Source: the human T2T-CHM13v2.0 reference genome, Homo sapiens
Reading direction: 5' to 3' (one strand)
DNA: 64,000 nucleotides
Assembly: GCF_009914755.1 (NCBI RefSeq)
Contig: NC_060939.1
Shown here one piece after another: positions 13,498 through 29,865 of this stretch (position 1 is its first letter; every line of letters starts with the position of its first letter). Made by a program: the position numbers and the translations under genes. The notes under the pieces were generated by a model. That model had not been told where the DNA came from and did not search any database. It worked only from the letters and a program-made list of their open reading frames with translations.

Positions 13498-14296
13498 TGT
13501 ATTACTTTTTAATAAATGACCCATGGTAACAAATTACCACAAACCGTGGATTAGAACAACAGAAATTTATTCTCTTACAGGTCTGGAGGTCTGGAAGTCC
13601 AAAATCAAGGTGTCAACAGGGCCATGCTCTCTCCAGTGACTCTGAAGAAAGACTTTCTTGACTCTTCCTAGCTGCTGCTGTTTCTTCTCCTTCTCCTTCT
13701 CCTTCTTCTTCTTTAGAAACAAGGTCTCTTTCTGTCACCCAGGCTGGAGTGCACTTACGTGATCATAGCTCACTGCACCTTCTAACTCCTGGGCTCAAGT
13801 GATCCTCCCACCTCAATCTCCTGAGTAACTGGGACTACAGGCACACAAGCCACCACACCTAGCTAAGTTTTTAATTTTTTTTTTTTTGTAGAGACGAGGA
13901 CTTACCTTCTTGCCCAGGCTGGTCTTGAGCCCCTGGGCTCAAACCATCCTCTTACCTCGGCCTCCCAAAGTGCTGGGATTAGGTGTGAGCCACCGTACCT
14001 GGCCTCTTCCTAGCTTCTGGGGGCTCATGGAGACCCTTGGCATTCGTTGGATTGTATAACTGCATCACACCAATCTCAGCCACCATCTTCCCGTAGCCCT
14101 CTTCTTAGTGACTATGTGTGTCCTCTCCTCCTCTTATAAGAACATGTCATTGGGTTTGGGACCCACCCTCATCCAGTATGATCTCATCTCAATCTTAAAC
14201 CAATTACATCTGCAAATAACCTATTTACAAATAAGTTCAAATTTTGAGGTACAGAGTGGACATGAAATTTTAGAGGACACTACCTAACATGCTACA
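13498..14296 (-). mobile_element. MLT1B solo LTR interrupted by AluJ
   Basis: tgtatta...aacagaaatttattctc...ttacatctgcaaat...ggacatgaa...taca; flanks agctg/agctc (TSD). Confidence 0.85.
13681..14004 (-). mobile_element. AluJ
   Basis: gatcatagctcactgc, ctgggctcaagtgatcctccc; TSD tcttcctagct; tail degenerated to (TTCTCC)n. Confidence 0.9.
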
Positions 14297-14784
14297 AGCT
14301 CTAAGGTAGATATTGTTCTTCCAACTGTATGTTCAGCCTTTGAAACAAGTGTGAATTTATTTTTAAAAGCCGAATGGTATACTTCAAAAGAAAAACTTAA
14401 ACAAGCTCCTTTAAAATGCCAGGGAAGGAAGTCTTCACAGTCACTTATGTGAAACTGGAGAAGCTATGATTCATCTGGGCCTTAAGGATTAGATAAAATT
14501 TCCAAATGGAAATGTCAGTGGGACTTGATCATTTTGCAAAAAGGGATCAACATTAGCCAATGTGTAAGAGTAGATTTACTCATCCAAAAAATAGGAGATG
14601 AGCAAGAAAATTGTACTTAACAGTGGGCTTTTGGATAGGAGAAAAAGGAAGTTTTCTGGGGAGGGGTGTCATTATTTGTTAATACAGTAGGAAGTGCTCA
14701 TTTTTCACTTATTATTTGTGCTTTCCTTTAGCTTAATTAAGAAATTTAATACCATAAAAGTATTGTTCTGCATTTTATTTTTAA

Positions 14785-15101
<317 letters not shown>

Positions 15102-15274
15102 CATGGTCTTTAATGGACCTTATAATTGATTTTTTTAAAAAAATATGAGGTAGAGATCTAATTTATTAATTTGGAAAAATTGACATTGTAAACAGGAATA
15201 TGGTGTGACTCTCCCTTTAATTTTCCTTCATCCTTTCTGGCTTATAAAACACTTTTCTAACAGTTTTGTCACTT

Positions 15275-15838
15275 ATGGACAAGAAAATATACAAGAATAT
15301 TCATTGCAATATATTTCATAATAGTAGATGAAACATCCCCCAATAATAAAACGAGTAAATAATTTTCATTATATTTATAAGGCAGTGAAAAAAACTGAAC
15401 TGGACCACACATATAAAGGGAAACCTTAAAATTATAATGTTGAAAGAAAATTAAAAGTTCTAGAATGATATTCTTTGAATCTATCTAGTATAAACAACAG
15501 CAAAAAGTGAACAAGATAATTCCATATGCTTAATAGGTGGTAATAGCATAAAAATGTGCATAGGAATAAGAGACGCCAAACTCTGATGCAAGCTCTGGGT
15601 AACAAGAAAGGGAACAGAATCAAGAACAGGTACATGATGATGTCTCAGTTTTAATTCTATCTGTAATGTTTTAACTTAAAAACAAAACAAAAACCTGAGC
15701 AACAACAACAAAAAAACCAAAATTCATTTCTCCTGGATACAGCATGGTGTTACAGGACAGAGGGGTAACAAGCTGGGTGGAACTGGATGGTATAGAATTG
15801 AGTTTGGAATGCTCAGGTGTTTACTATGTATTGTCTGT
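15275..15838 (+). mobile_element. Old L1M 3' fragment
   Basis: atacaagaatattcattgcaat...cttaaaattataatgttgaaagaaaa. Confidence 0.5.
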
Positions 15839-18750
<2,912 letters not shown>

Positions 18751-20070
18751 AAAAAAAATCATAGATGACACAAACGAATGGAAAAACAATCCATGCTCAC
18801 GGATTAGAAGAATCAATATTCTTAAAATGGTCATACTGCATGAAGCAATATACAGATTCAACACTATTCCCATCAAACTACTATCATTTTTCACAGAACT
18901 AAAAATAACTGTTTTAAAATTAATATGGAACCCAAAAAGAGCCTATAAGGATCTTAGAAGAAACCTGGAAAACACCATTCTGGACATCAACCTTGGGAAA
19001 TAATTTATGACTAAGTCCTCAAAAGCAATTGCAACAAAAATGAAAATTGACAAGTGGCATCTAATTAAACTAAAGATCTTCTGCATAACAAATGAAACTA
19101 TCAAAAGAATAAACAGACAACCTACAGAATGGGAGAAAATACATGCAAACTATGCAGCTGACAGAGGTGTAATATCCAGAATCTAAAAGGAACTTAAGTA
19201 ATTGAACAGGCAAAAACCAAATAACCCCATTTAAAAATGAACAAAAGACATGAACAGACACTTCTCAAAAGAAAACATAGAAGCAGCCAACAAGCATATG
19301 AAAAAAATGCTCCACCTCATTAATCATAAAGGGAAATGCAAATAATCAAAACCACAATGAGATACCGTCTCACACCTGTCAGAATGGCTATAATTGAAAA
19401 AGTCAAAAAATCACAGATGCTACTGAGGCTGTGGAGAAAAGGGAACACTTACACGCTGTTAGTGGTATTGTAAATTAGTCCAGCCACTGTGGACAGCAGT
19501 TTGAATATTTCTTCAAAGAACTTAAAACAGAACTACCATTCAACCCATCAACCTCATTACTGGGTATATATCCAAAGACACATCTTCCTACCAAAAAGAC
19601 ACATGAACTGGTATGTTGATTGTAGCACTATTCACAATAGCAAAAGCATGGAAGCAACCTACATGCCCATCTATGGTGGATTGGATAAAGAAAATGGGGT
19701 ACATATACACCACGGAATACTATGCAGCATAAAAAAGAACAGAATCATGTCCTTTGCAGCAACGTGGATGCAGCTGGAGGGCATTATCTTAAGTGAATTA
19801 ACACAGAAACAGAAAATCAAATATTGCATGTTCTTACTTGTAATTGGGAGCTAAATACTGGGTACACATGGACATAAAGATGTGAACAACAGGCACTGGA
19901 GACTATTGAGGGGAGGGGGGGAGGGAGACAAGGGCTGAAAAGTCAACCATTGGGTACTATGCTCAGCACCTAGGTAGTGGGATCATTCATACCCCAAACC
20001 TCAGCATCACGCGATATACCTAGGTAACAAACCTGCACATATACCCCCGAATTAAAATTAAATCTGAAAA
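18751..20070 (+). mobile_element. L1PA15/16-like 3' portion with an internal deletion
   Basis: ORF2 3' remnants; 3'UTR ttgggtactatgctca...ccccaaacctcagcatcacgc. Confidence 0.85.
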
Positions 20071-20419
20071 AGACACCTGAGAACTGTAGGAGGCCAAGGA
20101 CCATCAGCCTCCCTTAAATTGAACATAAATGAGGAGAAAGTCTGGATTTCCACGGGATGTCAAAGTGAGGGATCTAACACGATTTCCACTAGATCTCAAA
20201 GAGCAGCAATGCCCATGGATGAATACTGGGTGATAGCAACATCTCAATACATAAAACAGGCAAAAACTGGGCTCAGATGAAGTGGGCAGGAGTGGGTGAG
20301 GTGGGGTGGGGGCAGGGAGAACAGAATGAGGAGAGGTTGACTGGAGCCCTTGCTCTCAGCCTCCCTCCAAGGCTTTCCCCAGCAACTGAGGGACTTCCGT
20401 GAAAATGGTTGAGAAACAG

Positions 20420-20530
20420 TGTGCAACCCATTTTACAGATTTGGAAACAGGCCTAGAACAGCGAAGTTACCAGCCCAACGTGACAGTTAATAAAAATAAA
20501 TCCGGCCTCCTGGCACCTGGCTCATACACT
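20420..20530 (-). mobile_element. MIR fragment
   Basis: cccattttacagatttggaaacaggc. Confidence 0.5.
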
Positions 20531-22240
20531 GACCCCCTGGCCGTGACCATGCACCACCCGTTGATGTGAATTGCTTCACGGCGTTCATTAAGTAGAACCG
20601 AGAAGATCAGAGCCTTGGGGGAATAAAACATGGTTCATTTCATTTGGGCATGAGTATGAGGAAGTCAGAAATTGGAAAGGGAGTCAGGAATAGGACATCT
20701 ATGAGAAGGAACTGAATGGGGTTAGTGACAAGAAAAAAAAGACAGGGGCCATAGGGCGGTAAGAATGTTCTTAAGAATTTGCATAGGGCTGAATGGCTGC
20801 AGAAAAAAGAATGATGGGACCCTGCCAAGCCCAGGCCCGCATGCTCCTATAAGGTTTGTGGACAAATTGCCTCCTCTCAGCCTCTCTGCGCCTCCTAATA
20901 AGCCCATGGGAAGGTTTATGGTTGCTAAAGGAACCGCTAAAACAGGTCAAAAGATATATTTGGTGTCAAGACACCAACAATTTGCCTTGCTTTAATTTCC
21001 ACCTAGTGCCTTCCTGCCTATTTTTATCAGGGCACATGAAAAAGCCTTTCACTAAAGAGAGCAAAGCCAAGAGACAATTGCTTCTATGATCTTCTTTTGA
21101 CTGCTTTTCTCCAGGTGACTGAAATGTGAGCAGGATGCAGAACTGACAGTCCCCAGTCAGCACACTCTTTATTCTGTTTATGTTGTTTTCATTTTTTCCC
21201 AAACTCTGGAACTTCTGAAGGTTAAAACAGACTTTGATTACCTTGGCTTAAAAAGCAGAGCTGGAAATACCAACAGGGAAATTGATCATAAGTTGATCAT
21301 GAAGTTTTCAAAACAATGTTACTCCACTCTTCTTCAAGGAATATTATGCCTCCTGTTTACTGCTATAAGTAGTAAAAGGTTATAAAGACCACCTAAGTCA
21401 ACATTTCCCTAAGAACAGCAGCCAAACGTTTACAGTCAAATTCACAGTGATGCAACAATACGGGGCATCTCTAGGTACCATTCCAATGTTTGTCCTCTTT
21501 ACCCAGTCCACATGAGAACAACTTCTGCCTGTCCTAAGTGCATACAAGAGTGGCTTGTCAACCTAGCATCTTGACAGCCAGACCAAATCTGAGCAGCCCT
21601 GGATGATCTGGCAGTTGTCATTAGATTCTGCAATCCTCAGCTCTTGGAAACCATCAAAACACATCATACAGCTCCATTAGAATCAGCTAGGAGTGAAGGA
21701 CTTCTCCATCCCTGAGCATTTTATTGAGAATGCTCCAAAAAATCACCCACTCCCGGTACCCCAGCTTTCATCCAGAAGGGTCCCGAGCAGGCAAAGAGGC
21801 CCATGGAAATACATTTTGAAAACATTGATTTCCTGCAGAACCTCCATATCCTCCTTGCTACTATTATCATTCTCAGTAGTTACCATTGGCACAGTAACAC
21901 AGTGATGATGACTGTCATCCATTACATATCTTGGGGCAGGGAGGTGTGGTGAGAAGTTCATTGGCCCAGGTCTAGGAATCCTACTGTCCCTGCCCAGCAG
22001 CCATCTGCGCGACGACTGTGGACATAACACTCTATCTCCATGACTGACTCCATAACAGAGCATGGGATGATCTTGCCTGCCCCTCACAAGAGCGCATCAA
22101 GCAAAACAGAGCATGTGTGGGTTTCACAGCTCACTGCAATGCATAGGCATTGCCAGCTGTGTGCACAATTACAGAACTCCTCTTCTGACCAAAACTGAGG
22201 AGAATGTGAGAGGTGGCACCATTATTTAGACAGAGCATAG

Positions 22241-22351
22241 GGTTAGGCATGGTGGCTCACACCTGTAATTCCAGCACTCTGGGAAGTCAAGGTGGGAAGA
22301 TGGAGCCCAGGAGTTCAAGACCAGCCTGAGCAAGATGGCAAGACCTTGTCT

Positions 22352-22394
<43 letters not shown>

Positions 22395-22404
22395 TTTTAA
22401 AAAA
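22241..22404 (+). mobile_element. Alu monomer (FLAM-like) with a (TTTA)n tail
   Basis: Left monomer only; (TTTA)x~11 at 22351-22398; TSD agacagagca/agagagagca. Confidence 0.85.
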
Positions 22405-22429
22405 GAGAGAGCAGAGATGACAGGAAAAG

Positions 22430-22645
22430 GCATTGGTTATGAGTACTGACTCCAAGGTCAGGTGCTTGGGCTCAAAGCCAACTCCAGGACTTGTTAACTG
22501 TGTGACTTTGAACAGGGATCCTCTTCTCCCAGTGCCTCAGTTTCTTTCCTCTGCTATAAATGGGGATAATAATAGTTACTGTGAGTATTAAATGAGATTA
22601 TACCTGTAAGGTCTTTGGACTATCTCCTGACATTCAACAAGTGCT
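22430..22645 (+). mobile_element. MIR
   Basis: aactgtgtgactttgaaca...gtgcctcagtttc...taaatggggataataatag. Confidence 0.75.
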
Positions 22646-23074
22646 TCCTTTTACTGTTCTGCAGATTCAAACCTCAAGATTTAAAATGTATCATATGTAT
22701 TTGTATGTTTCCACAATCCAAGACCTTTTCGCACTGAACATGGAATCAGAAAAAAGATCCAGTGTTCTGCCCTTAAGCAGCTCTGTGACCATAAGTCAGG
22801 CACTTACACCATCAGTTACGGTTCTCTCATTTTTTAAACTATACGTGATTATGAACATTCTTCCCTCTTTTTAAATTTTTGGTCATTTAAATTTCATTAA
22901 TCAAAAGCATATAGCTTGCTTAGTTTTTTAATGCCCATCTTTTTATATTCTGGAGATATTTCATCAGAAACAACACAAATACTTTCACACTTTGGCATTT
23001 ATAATGACAGTTCCATTATCGCCATGGTGTCTTCTAATGTGCAGAGGTTTCGGATATTTAAATTTTCTACAGTC

Positions 23075-23555
23075 AGTATTCCAGTAATCTACTGCCACAT
23101 GACAAACCACCCCAAAACGGCAGCATGATATAAGCACTGCTTTAATGAGCACGGATTCTGGGGATTGGGAATTCAGACAGAGCCCACTTCTTGTCTCTAT
23201 TCTGCTATGCCTGGGGCCCCATGTAATAAGTCACAAACAACTGGGGGTGACGTGAATGGCTGGGACTTTTTCACTTGTGTGTGGCACCTGGGCTAAGATA
23301 ACTCATGGGTAGACACACTTCAGAGTAGTCAGATTTCTTATATGGTGACTCAGAGTTCCAAGGGTGAATATTTTAAGGAACAAGCTGAGAGCTACATGGT
23401 CATTTATGACTTAGCATCAGAAGTCACACTGCATCACTTCTGCCATAGTCTACTGGACAAAGCAGCCACACGTCTACCAAGATTTAAGAGTTCAGTGCAT
23501 TGTCCTCACCTCTCAATGGGAGGAGTGCCAAAGAAGTTGCAATCATCTTAAATCT
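23075..23555 (-). mobile_element. MLT1G/H-like LTR
   Basis: acaaaccaccccaaaac...agagtagtcagatttcttatatggtgactcag...gaagtcacactgcatcacttctgcca. Confidence 0.75.
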
Positions 23556-23577
23556 TGTTTTGAATTTTTGTGCTAAT

Positions 23578-23790
23578 ACCACTATTCTTAATTGGAGGCC
23601 ACTCCTGGAAGGCGTTCAGAAATGGGTGACAGCCTTTTAAGCACCCACAATTACAGAGCAGGGAGGTGCTGACATTTAGTGGGCAGGAGTCAGGGATGCC
23701 AACTGTCCTGCAATAATGAAGACACTCCCACACAATGAAGGAGTGTCTTGCCAAAACGCCAGTGACAAGTCTGCCAGAAAACCTGCTCTA
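23578..23790 (+). mobile_element. MER20-related hAT element
   Basis: gacatttagtgggcaggagtcagggatgc...gtcctgcaat...cccacacaatgaag. Confidence 0.55.
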
Positions 23791-23952
23791 ACATTCTCCA
23801 CCTTTGACATCATGGATAACAAGGCATTCTTCGCTCCAAGATGAAATATCCATTTATACTGTGCTCCATTATGCTTACAACCTGATTACTTTAAATCCTA
23901 AATCTTTGATCCATCTGAAACACATTTAGGTGTATAAAGTATAAGGTATAGA

Positions 23953-24439
23953 TGTGACGGTTAATTTTATGTGCCAACTTGACTGTGCCACAGTGCCCAA
24001 ATATGTGGTCAAACATAACATTATTCAGGATGGTTCTGTGAGGGTGTTTTTGTATGAAATTAACATTTAAATTAGTAGACCAAGTAAAGCAGATTGCCTG
24101 GCTTTCCACAAATGTGCCCGATGTAGGTGGGCCTCATCTAATCAGTTGAAGGCTTGAATACAACACAAAATTGACCTGCCCTTAGTAAGAAAGAATTCTG
24201 CAGCAGACAGCCTTTGTGCTGGAACTGCAACATCGGCCCTTTCAAGGTCTCCAGCCTGCTGACCCATCCTGTAGATTTTGGATTTGCCAGCCTCCGTAAT
24301 CACATAAGCCAATGCCTTAAAATAAGTCTCTCTCCTCTCTCCTTTCTCTCTCTCTCTCTCTCTCCATATGTACGTATACACACACACACACACACACACA
24401 CACATCCTATTGGTTCCATTTCTCTGGAGAACTAATACA
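23953..24439 (+). mobile_element. MLT2C-like ERVL solo LTR containing (CT)n and (CA)n
   Basis: tgtgacggttaattttatgtgccaacttgact...gtaaagcagattgcc...tcctattggttccatttctctggagaactaataca. Confidence 0.88.
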
Positions 24440-26140
24440 AAATACTTTTACTTACTTCCATTTGGTGAGTCATTTGTTTCAATAGTCTCTATTGTACAAT
24501 CCAACCTTTCTCTAATATTTAAAGTTACCAACTTTATCATATGATAAAATATTTCATATATGCTTGGGCTTATTTCTGCATTTTTAAATTCTCTTTAATG
24601 TTTCTGTCTGCATACTTTTTTGGTAGAACCACGATGACAAATTATTGTCACTTTAAAATACATGTTAATAACTAATAGAGAAAGCTCTCCATCATTATCC
24701 CTTTCTACAAATTTTTTGTTTTCTCAGCAGTTTATTCAATCAAGTGAATTTTGTAATTGTGCAATAGTTTCCTAAAAACTTATCTTAGAGACTTCTGCTG
24801 GTGATGTGGTAAACATCTAAATTTATCTGGAGGACACTGACATATTTATAATCTTCCCCAACATTCATTAAGTGTCCCACCCAATTAATGAAAAATTATT
24901 TTCTATTCATCATTAAAGCTTTATAGTTTAAATAAATGCAGCATATTTCTTGTTAAATGTATTCCTAGTTATATTTTTTATTGTTTCTGTTTTGAATGAG
25001 GTTTCCTTTATATATTCTGGGTTACTGTCAGTCTCTAGGAAAGTTACTGATTGTTATATTTTTATTTTGAAATTAGTCCCCTTACTAAACTCTTATTTCA
25101 AATACATTTTTAGTTTATTCACTTGGGTTGTCCCAGTAGATTAAAAAATGTCATCTACAAATAAAAATTTTGTCTCTACCTCTTCAATATCTCTGTCTTC
25201 TGTTACATTGGTACTACCCTGGCAAAAATACTTATAATAATATTGAAAAACAGTGTTGATAGTAACATTTTTTAAAGTAGCATTTAAGAAATTTTACTAT
25301 GGGTAGTATGTTTTAATTCTGCAAAGTAGTTTACATATCTTTTCCTTTTTATCCTTCAAAATAACCTTATGAGTTAAAAGAAGTTACTTAACCTTTCATA
25401 TTCTCAGTTTCCCATCTACGAAGTGGGAATAATAACATACCTACACCATAGGGTTGCCATAGAAATTAAATTGCTGTAAAACACTTCTTTAATTCCCAAC
25501 ACAGCCAGCTTCTATTATGGCAGCAATTAACTCACTCAGTGACTGTCATTTTATCATTGTTTTACATTGTTTATTTACACTGTTTTACATGACTATTACT
25601 ATCTTGTCATTATTTTGCAGGTGGAAAAATAAGATACTTTGGAGAAATCAAGGTCACACAGCTACTATGGATGGAATTGGGACTTGGGCTCTTATCTGTT
25701 AAACTCCTAAATTTATGTGCTTTCTCCAGTTTTTCTTTTCACTTTGATGGAAATTTTCTAGTGTTTCAATGTTATGCATGACAGGCAAGTTACTGTTCAA
25801 CTCCTAGTTAAGAAGAAGCATTTGCAATGAATAGTTATCTAATTTTATCAATTGTATTTTAGGGTATTGAGATGATTACAGTTTTTTTTGAATTTTCTAA
25901 TATACTAACAAAATTTATTTTATGGACAGATTTTATAATGTTAAACCATCCTTGCATTTCTGAAATATACTTTATTTAGAGAAGGTTGTTATTCTTTTTA
26001 TATATGGTGGGATGCAATTTGTTAATTTACTCCCCTTGATTAATTTTCTCATGTAAGACAAGTCCTTATCCATTTTATTTTTAGATTTTTAAGTACTTTG
26101 TTTTAAATGTGTGTCTTTTAGAAACAGAGTTGAGCTGAAT
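24440..26140 (-). mobile_element. Old L1M ORF2 fragments with two MIRs inserted (~25370-25510 +, ~25600-25720 -)
   Basis: T-rich antisense L1 motifs (tgtcatctacaaataaaaattttg, ttaaaccatccttgcatttctgaaat); MIR cores aagttacttaacct and caaggtcacacagcta. Confidence 0.6.
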
Positions 26141-26177
26141 TCCTTTTTTTTTTTTTTTGGTTGATTTAAGAATATTA

Positions 26178-26295
26178 TGGGTGATAGGTGCACCAAAATC
26201 CCAGAATTCACCACTAAATACTTCATCCACATAACAAAAAACCACTTATATCCCAAAAGCTATTGAAATTTTTAAAAATAAAATAAATAAAAAAT
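26178..26295 (+). mobile_element. L1PB-type extreme 3' end
   Basis: gggtgataggtgcaccaaaatcccagaattcaccact...aaccacttatatcccaaaagctattgaaat plus A tail. Confidence 0.75.
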
Positions 26296-26959
26296 GATGC
26301 ACATCAAAAATATTTAAACATTACAACTGCTTATATTTAAGTTTTCTTTCAATATACTTATTATAGTGTAGTATATATTATGACCATGAAAATAGGAGAG
26401 ATTAGTACACATAATAACTTTCATGATTTCTCACCCAACCTCTCCTGCTTCTAAATATTGTAACTGGGCTTTTCTTTTTTACCCAGCTTCTTTATGACGA
26501 GTTGTTTTTACTATATCATGACTCTTTTATTTGAAGAGTTACCTGCAGCATTTAAATTCTCTTTTGTAACCATATTTACAGCAATTATTTAGATTTCATT
26601 CATCCTTAAAATATTTTAGGGCTTTCTTGTGTTCCTTTTGTGCCATGACTTCTCCATGCTTGAGTTCTTTGTTTTGATTTATCCCATAGTTGCTTGGTAT
26701 TTATCTTCAAGTAAAGTTTTTGGGAAGAATATGGGGGCAGTATATTTTCTAAGAGCTCGCAAAGCTGACAATGTCTTTCTTTGCTTCTACTCATAAACCA
26801 TAAATTTGGCTGTGAATAGTATCTATGGGTCACAGCACTTTAAACACAAAAGCCTATCGATCTCACTTGGCTACTTTCTGTCATTAAATTACAGTCACCT
26901 CCCACTTTATTTACATCTTTGCTATAGCATTTCCTATATTACACAGCGATATATCTTGT

Positions 26960-27108
26960 TGTATGACACCCTGCTACTAGACAATGAGCTTTTGAGGACT
27001 GTGACCATATCTTATTGATCTTTGATTCCCCAAGACCAAGCATTAACCCAGCACATTACAAGTGCTCCACAAAGGTTACTTTTATTAGGGAATGTATGAA
27101 TAAATGAG
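26960..27108 (+). mobile_element. L2 3' end
   Basis: ctagacaatgagcttttgagg...aagtgctc...gaatgtatgaataaatga. Confidence 0.6.
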
Positions 27109-28131
27109 TTTCACAAATCATAATGTTCTACATGAATATAAGGGCAGGGCCATCATGAAAATCTCTTCAGTATATATAAAATCACATAAAATTATGTTTC
27201 AAAGCCTTTCTAGTGAAGTTAATATTATTATACCTTAATTGTGTTTATCGATGAATTGATTTTTGCAGAGAAGACAATGGATGAGGTTAAAAGTCGAGTC
27301 AAACAAAAAAATACTTGCTCCTAGGACTTTGTTGGTAAAGGTTGTGACTTCTCATTCGGAGACTTGATAACCAGGAGTGACCATTTAATGAAGGTTAAGT
27401 TAGATTTGAAAACAGCCCAAAAGAAAAGCAACCGTCAGAGAAAGCTGATATACTATTACAATAGTGTCAAAAACCAAGCAAACTTCATTCACACAATGTA
27501 AGGCTAGCACAGGACATGGAGAACATGTATCAGGAATAGCCAAACATCTTTTCTAAAATAGCATAAAAGAGTTCACAGACAAGTTTCAGAGTCTGAGAAA
27601 CCTTGGCATAGATGCTGCCTATCTAGTATGGGATTGTAACATGTACCAGAAACTAACCTTCAATTTCCTATTAAAATGAATAAGATAAGGCATCGAAAGG
27701 ACTTAGCACAATATCTGAAAAACTGTAAGTGCAAAATTAATCAGAATTCCATTTCCTTGCCATCCATGCACAGGTCTTAAATACAGGCACAAATTAATGG
27801 ATAATTCAGGTTTAGGAGTTTGTCCAATAGTCATGAAGAACATTTTACATGGCCATTTATCACTAATACCCATTTAGTGAGTTGCAAATCATTTTTTGTT
27901 TAGGACTGGACAAGGTGCTATGAAATTACAGATATTTAGAATTTGATTTTTTAAATACCATCTTTATGATTTAGTTTATTTACCATAACAGAAAAATTTC
28001 ATACATCAGAGTAGTGTTTTCAAACAAAGGCCCAGGAATCCAAAAGACATAGATGTGCTTTAAGTTTAATACAGGTGGTTTAAGAATTATCATTTCACTG
28101 TCCCCTTTTCCAGACTGGTTGTTATAAAAAC

Positions 28132-28204
28132 TATACATATATACACATATATATGTATATATATATATGTATATATATATGTATATATATATACATATAT
28201 ATAG
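28132..28204. repeat. Interrupted (TA)n microsatellite
   Basis: tatacatatatacacatatatatgtatatatatatatg... Confidence 0.95.
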
Positions 28205-28459
28205 GGTAAAATATTCTTTGAGTACTAGAGAATGCAAAGGCAATGGGAAAAAAACTAAAATATATCAATAACATACATGTACCTTCCTAAAGAAAAACTA
28301 ATTCTTAAAGAAATACCCAAGTAAACAAAGAAATACATAAAAATAAAAAATGCAAAAATGAGAAATATATTGTCTAAAAGCAAAAGTGATGAGCAAATAA
28401 GTCAGAAAATTTAGAGTTGATATCTAAATAATTATTAATATGATTATAAAACCTATGTA

Positions 28460-28759
28460 GGCCAGGCACGGTGTCTCAGCCTATAATCCCAGCACTTTGG
28501 GAGGCCGAGGCAGACGGATCACGAGGTCAGGAGATCGAGACCATCCTGGCTAACATGGTGAAATCCCTTCTCCACTAAAAATACAAAAAATTAGCCAGGC
28601 ATGGTGGTGGGTGCCTGTAGTCTCAGCTACTCAGGAGGCTGAGGCAAGAGAATGGCATGAACCCAGGAGGCAGAGCTTGCAGTGAGCCGAGATTATGCCA
28701 CTGCACTCCAGCCTGGGGGACAGAGCGAGACTCCATCTGAAACAAACAAACAAGCAAAC
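28460..28759 (+). mobile_element. AluY
   Basis: ggagatcgagaccatcctggctaac, gaatggcatgaacc, gagcttgcag; perfect TSD aaaacctatgta; (AAAC)n tail. Confidence 0.93.
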
Positions 28760-29553
28760 AAAACCTATGTAAATTTCAAAGAGCATTCTTGGAAAAAAGA
28801 TTCATGTATAAATTAACAATATTTGACTTATATTATTTAATTCCTTTTACTTAATATTAACCAACAAAAATATTGGTTAATATAAAGTCTTAGATATTCA
28901 CATACATACCCACACAAAACATGAAAATAAAACATAAAAGATATGCAAAGGGTAAGGATGAAGTTAAAGCATGATAAATTTCTCCCAAGATGCTTGGCTA
29001 TTCCTGATACACGTTCTCCATGTCCTGCCTCCATGAGGCAAATAAATGAAATATTTTTTATTTTTGCATTCAACAGAAATATATTTGATCTGATACGAAC
29101 ATATTTGTATCTCAAATCACTATAATTAGAAACCATATGTACATTTTCTAGAATACTAGAAGGAAAAAAGGTCAATAAAATTTGAACAAAAACTAGTGCA
29201 AGAGGGAAGGAAATCAATCAAAAAGAAAAAAATTAAAGAAGCAAAAATAGAAAGTACAAAATAATTAAAATCAGGCACATCCATTACCACAAGAAATATA
29301 AATGTATTAAACTCCTCAGTTAAAAAGGTAAAGTCTCTAATATTTAGTCAAATAATGAAATTCAGCTTTGCTCTTTGGGAGAGACATATCATATTTAAAA
29401 TAACATACTTAATATTTAAAAAAGGAGAGAAGAGATATCCAGCAAAATAAAAAAGGTATCAATATTATTAACAGACTAAAAAATTCTGAGCAAACAACAT
29501 TTTATAATGATAAAAATAAGTCAAAAATGAATGTATAACAATTAAGAAACATT

Positions 29554-29865
29554 GGCCAGGCACAGTGGCTCATGCCTGTGATCTCTGTACTTTAGGAGAC
29601 GGAGGTAGAAGGATCACTTGAGGCCTAGAGTACAAGATCATCCTGGGCAATGTGCAAGACCCTGTCTCTACAAAAATTAAAAAAATTAGCCAGGAATGAT
29701 AGCACATGTCTGTGGGTCCAGCCTCTCAGGAGGCTGAAGCAGGAGAATTGCTTGAGCCCAGGAGTTCAAGGCTGCAGCTAGCTGCTATGATTGCCACTGC
29801 ACTCCAGCCTAGGTGACAAAACAAGGTCCTGTCTCTAAAAAAACAAAAAAGAAAAAGAAGAAAAA
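29554..29865 (+). mobile_element. AluJ
   Basis: ttgagcccaggagttcaaggctgcag; TSD attaagaaacat. Confidence 0.9.

Noticed and set aside
21743-22087. 114-aa minus-strand ORF (MVTTENDNSSKEDMEVLQEINVF...)
   Set aside because: Protein-like by eye, but no family recognised and no supporting splice signals.
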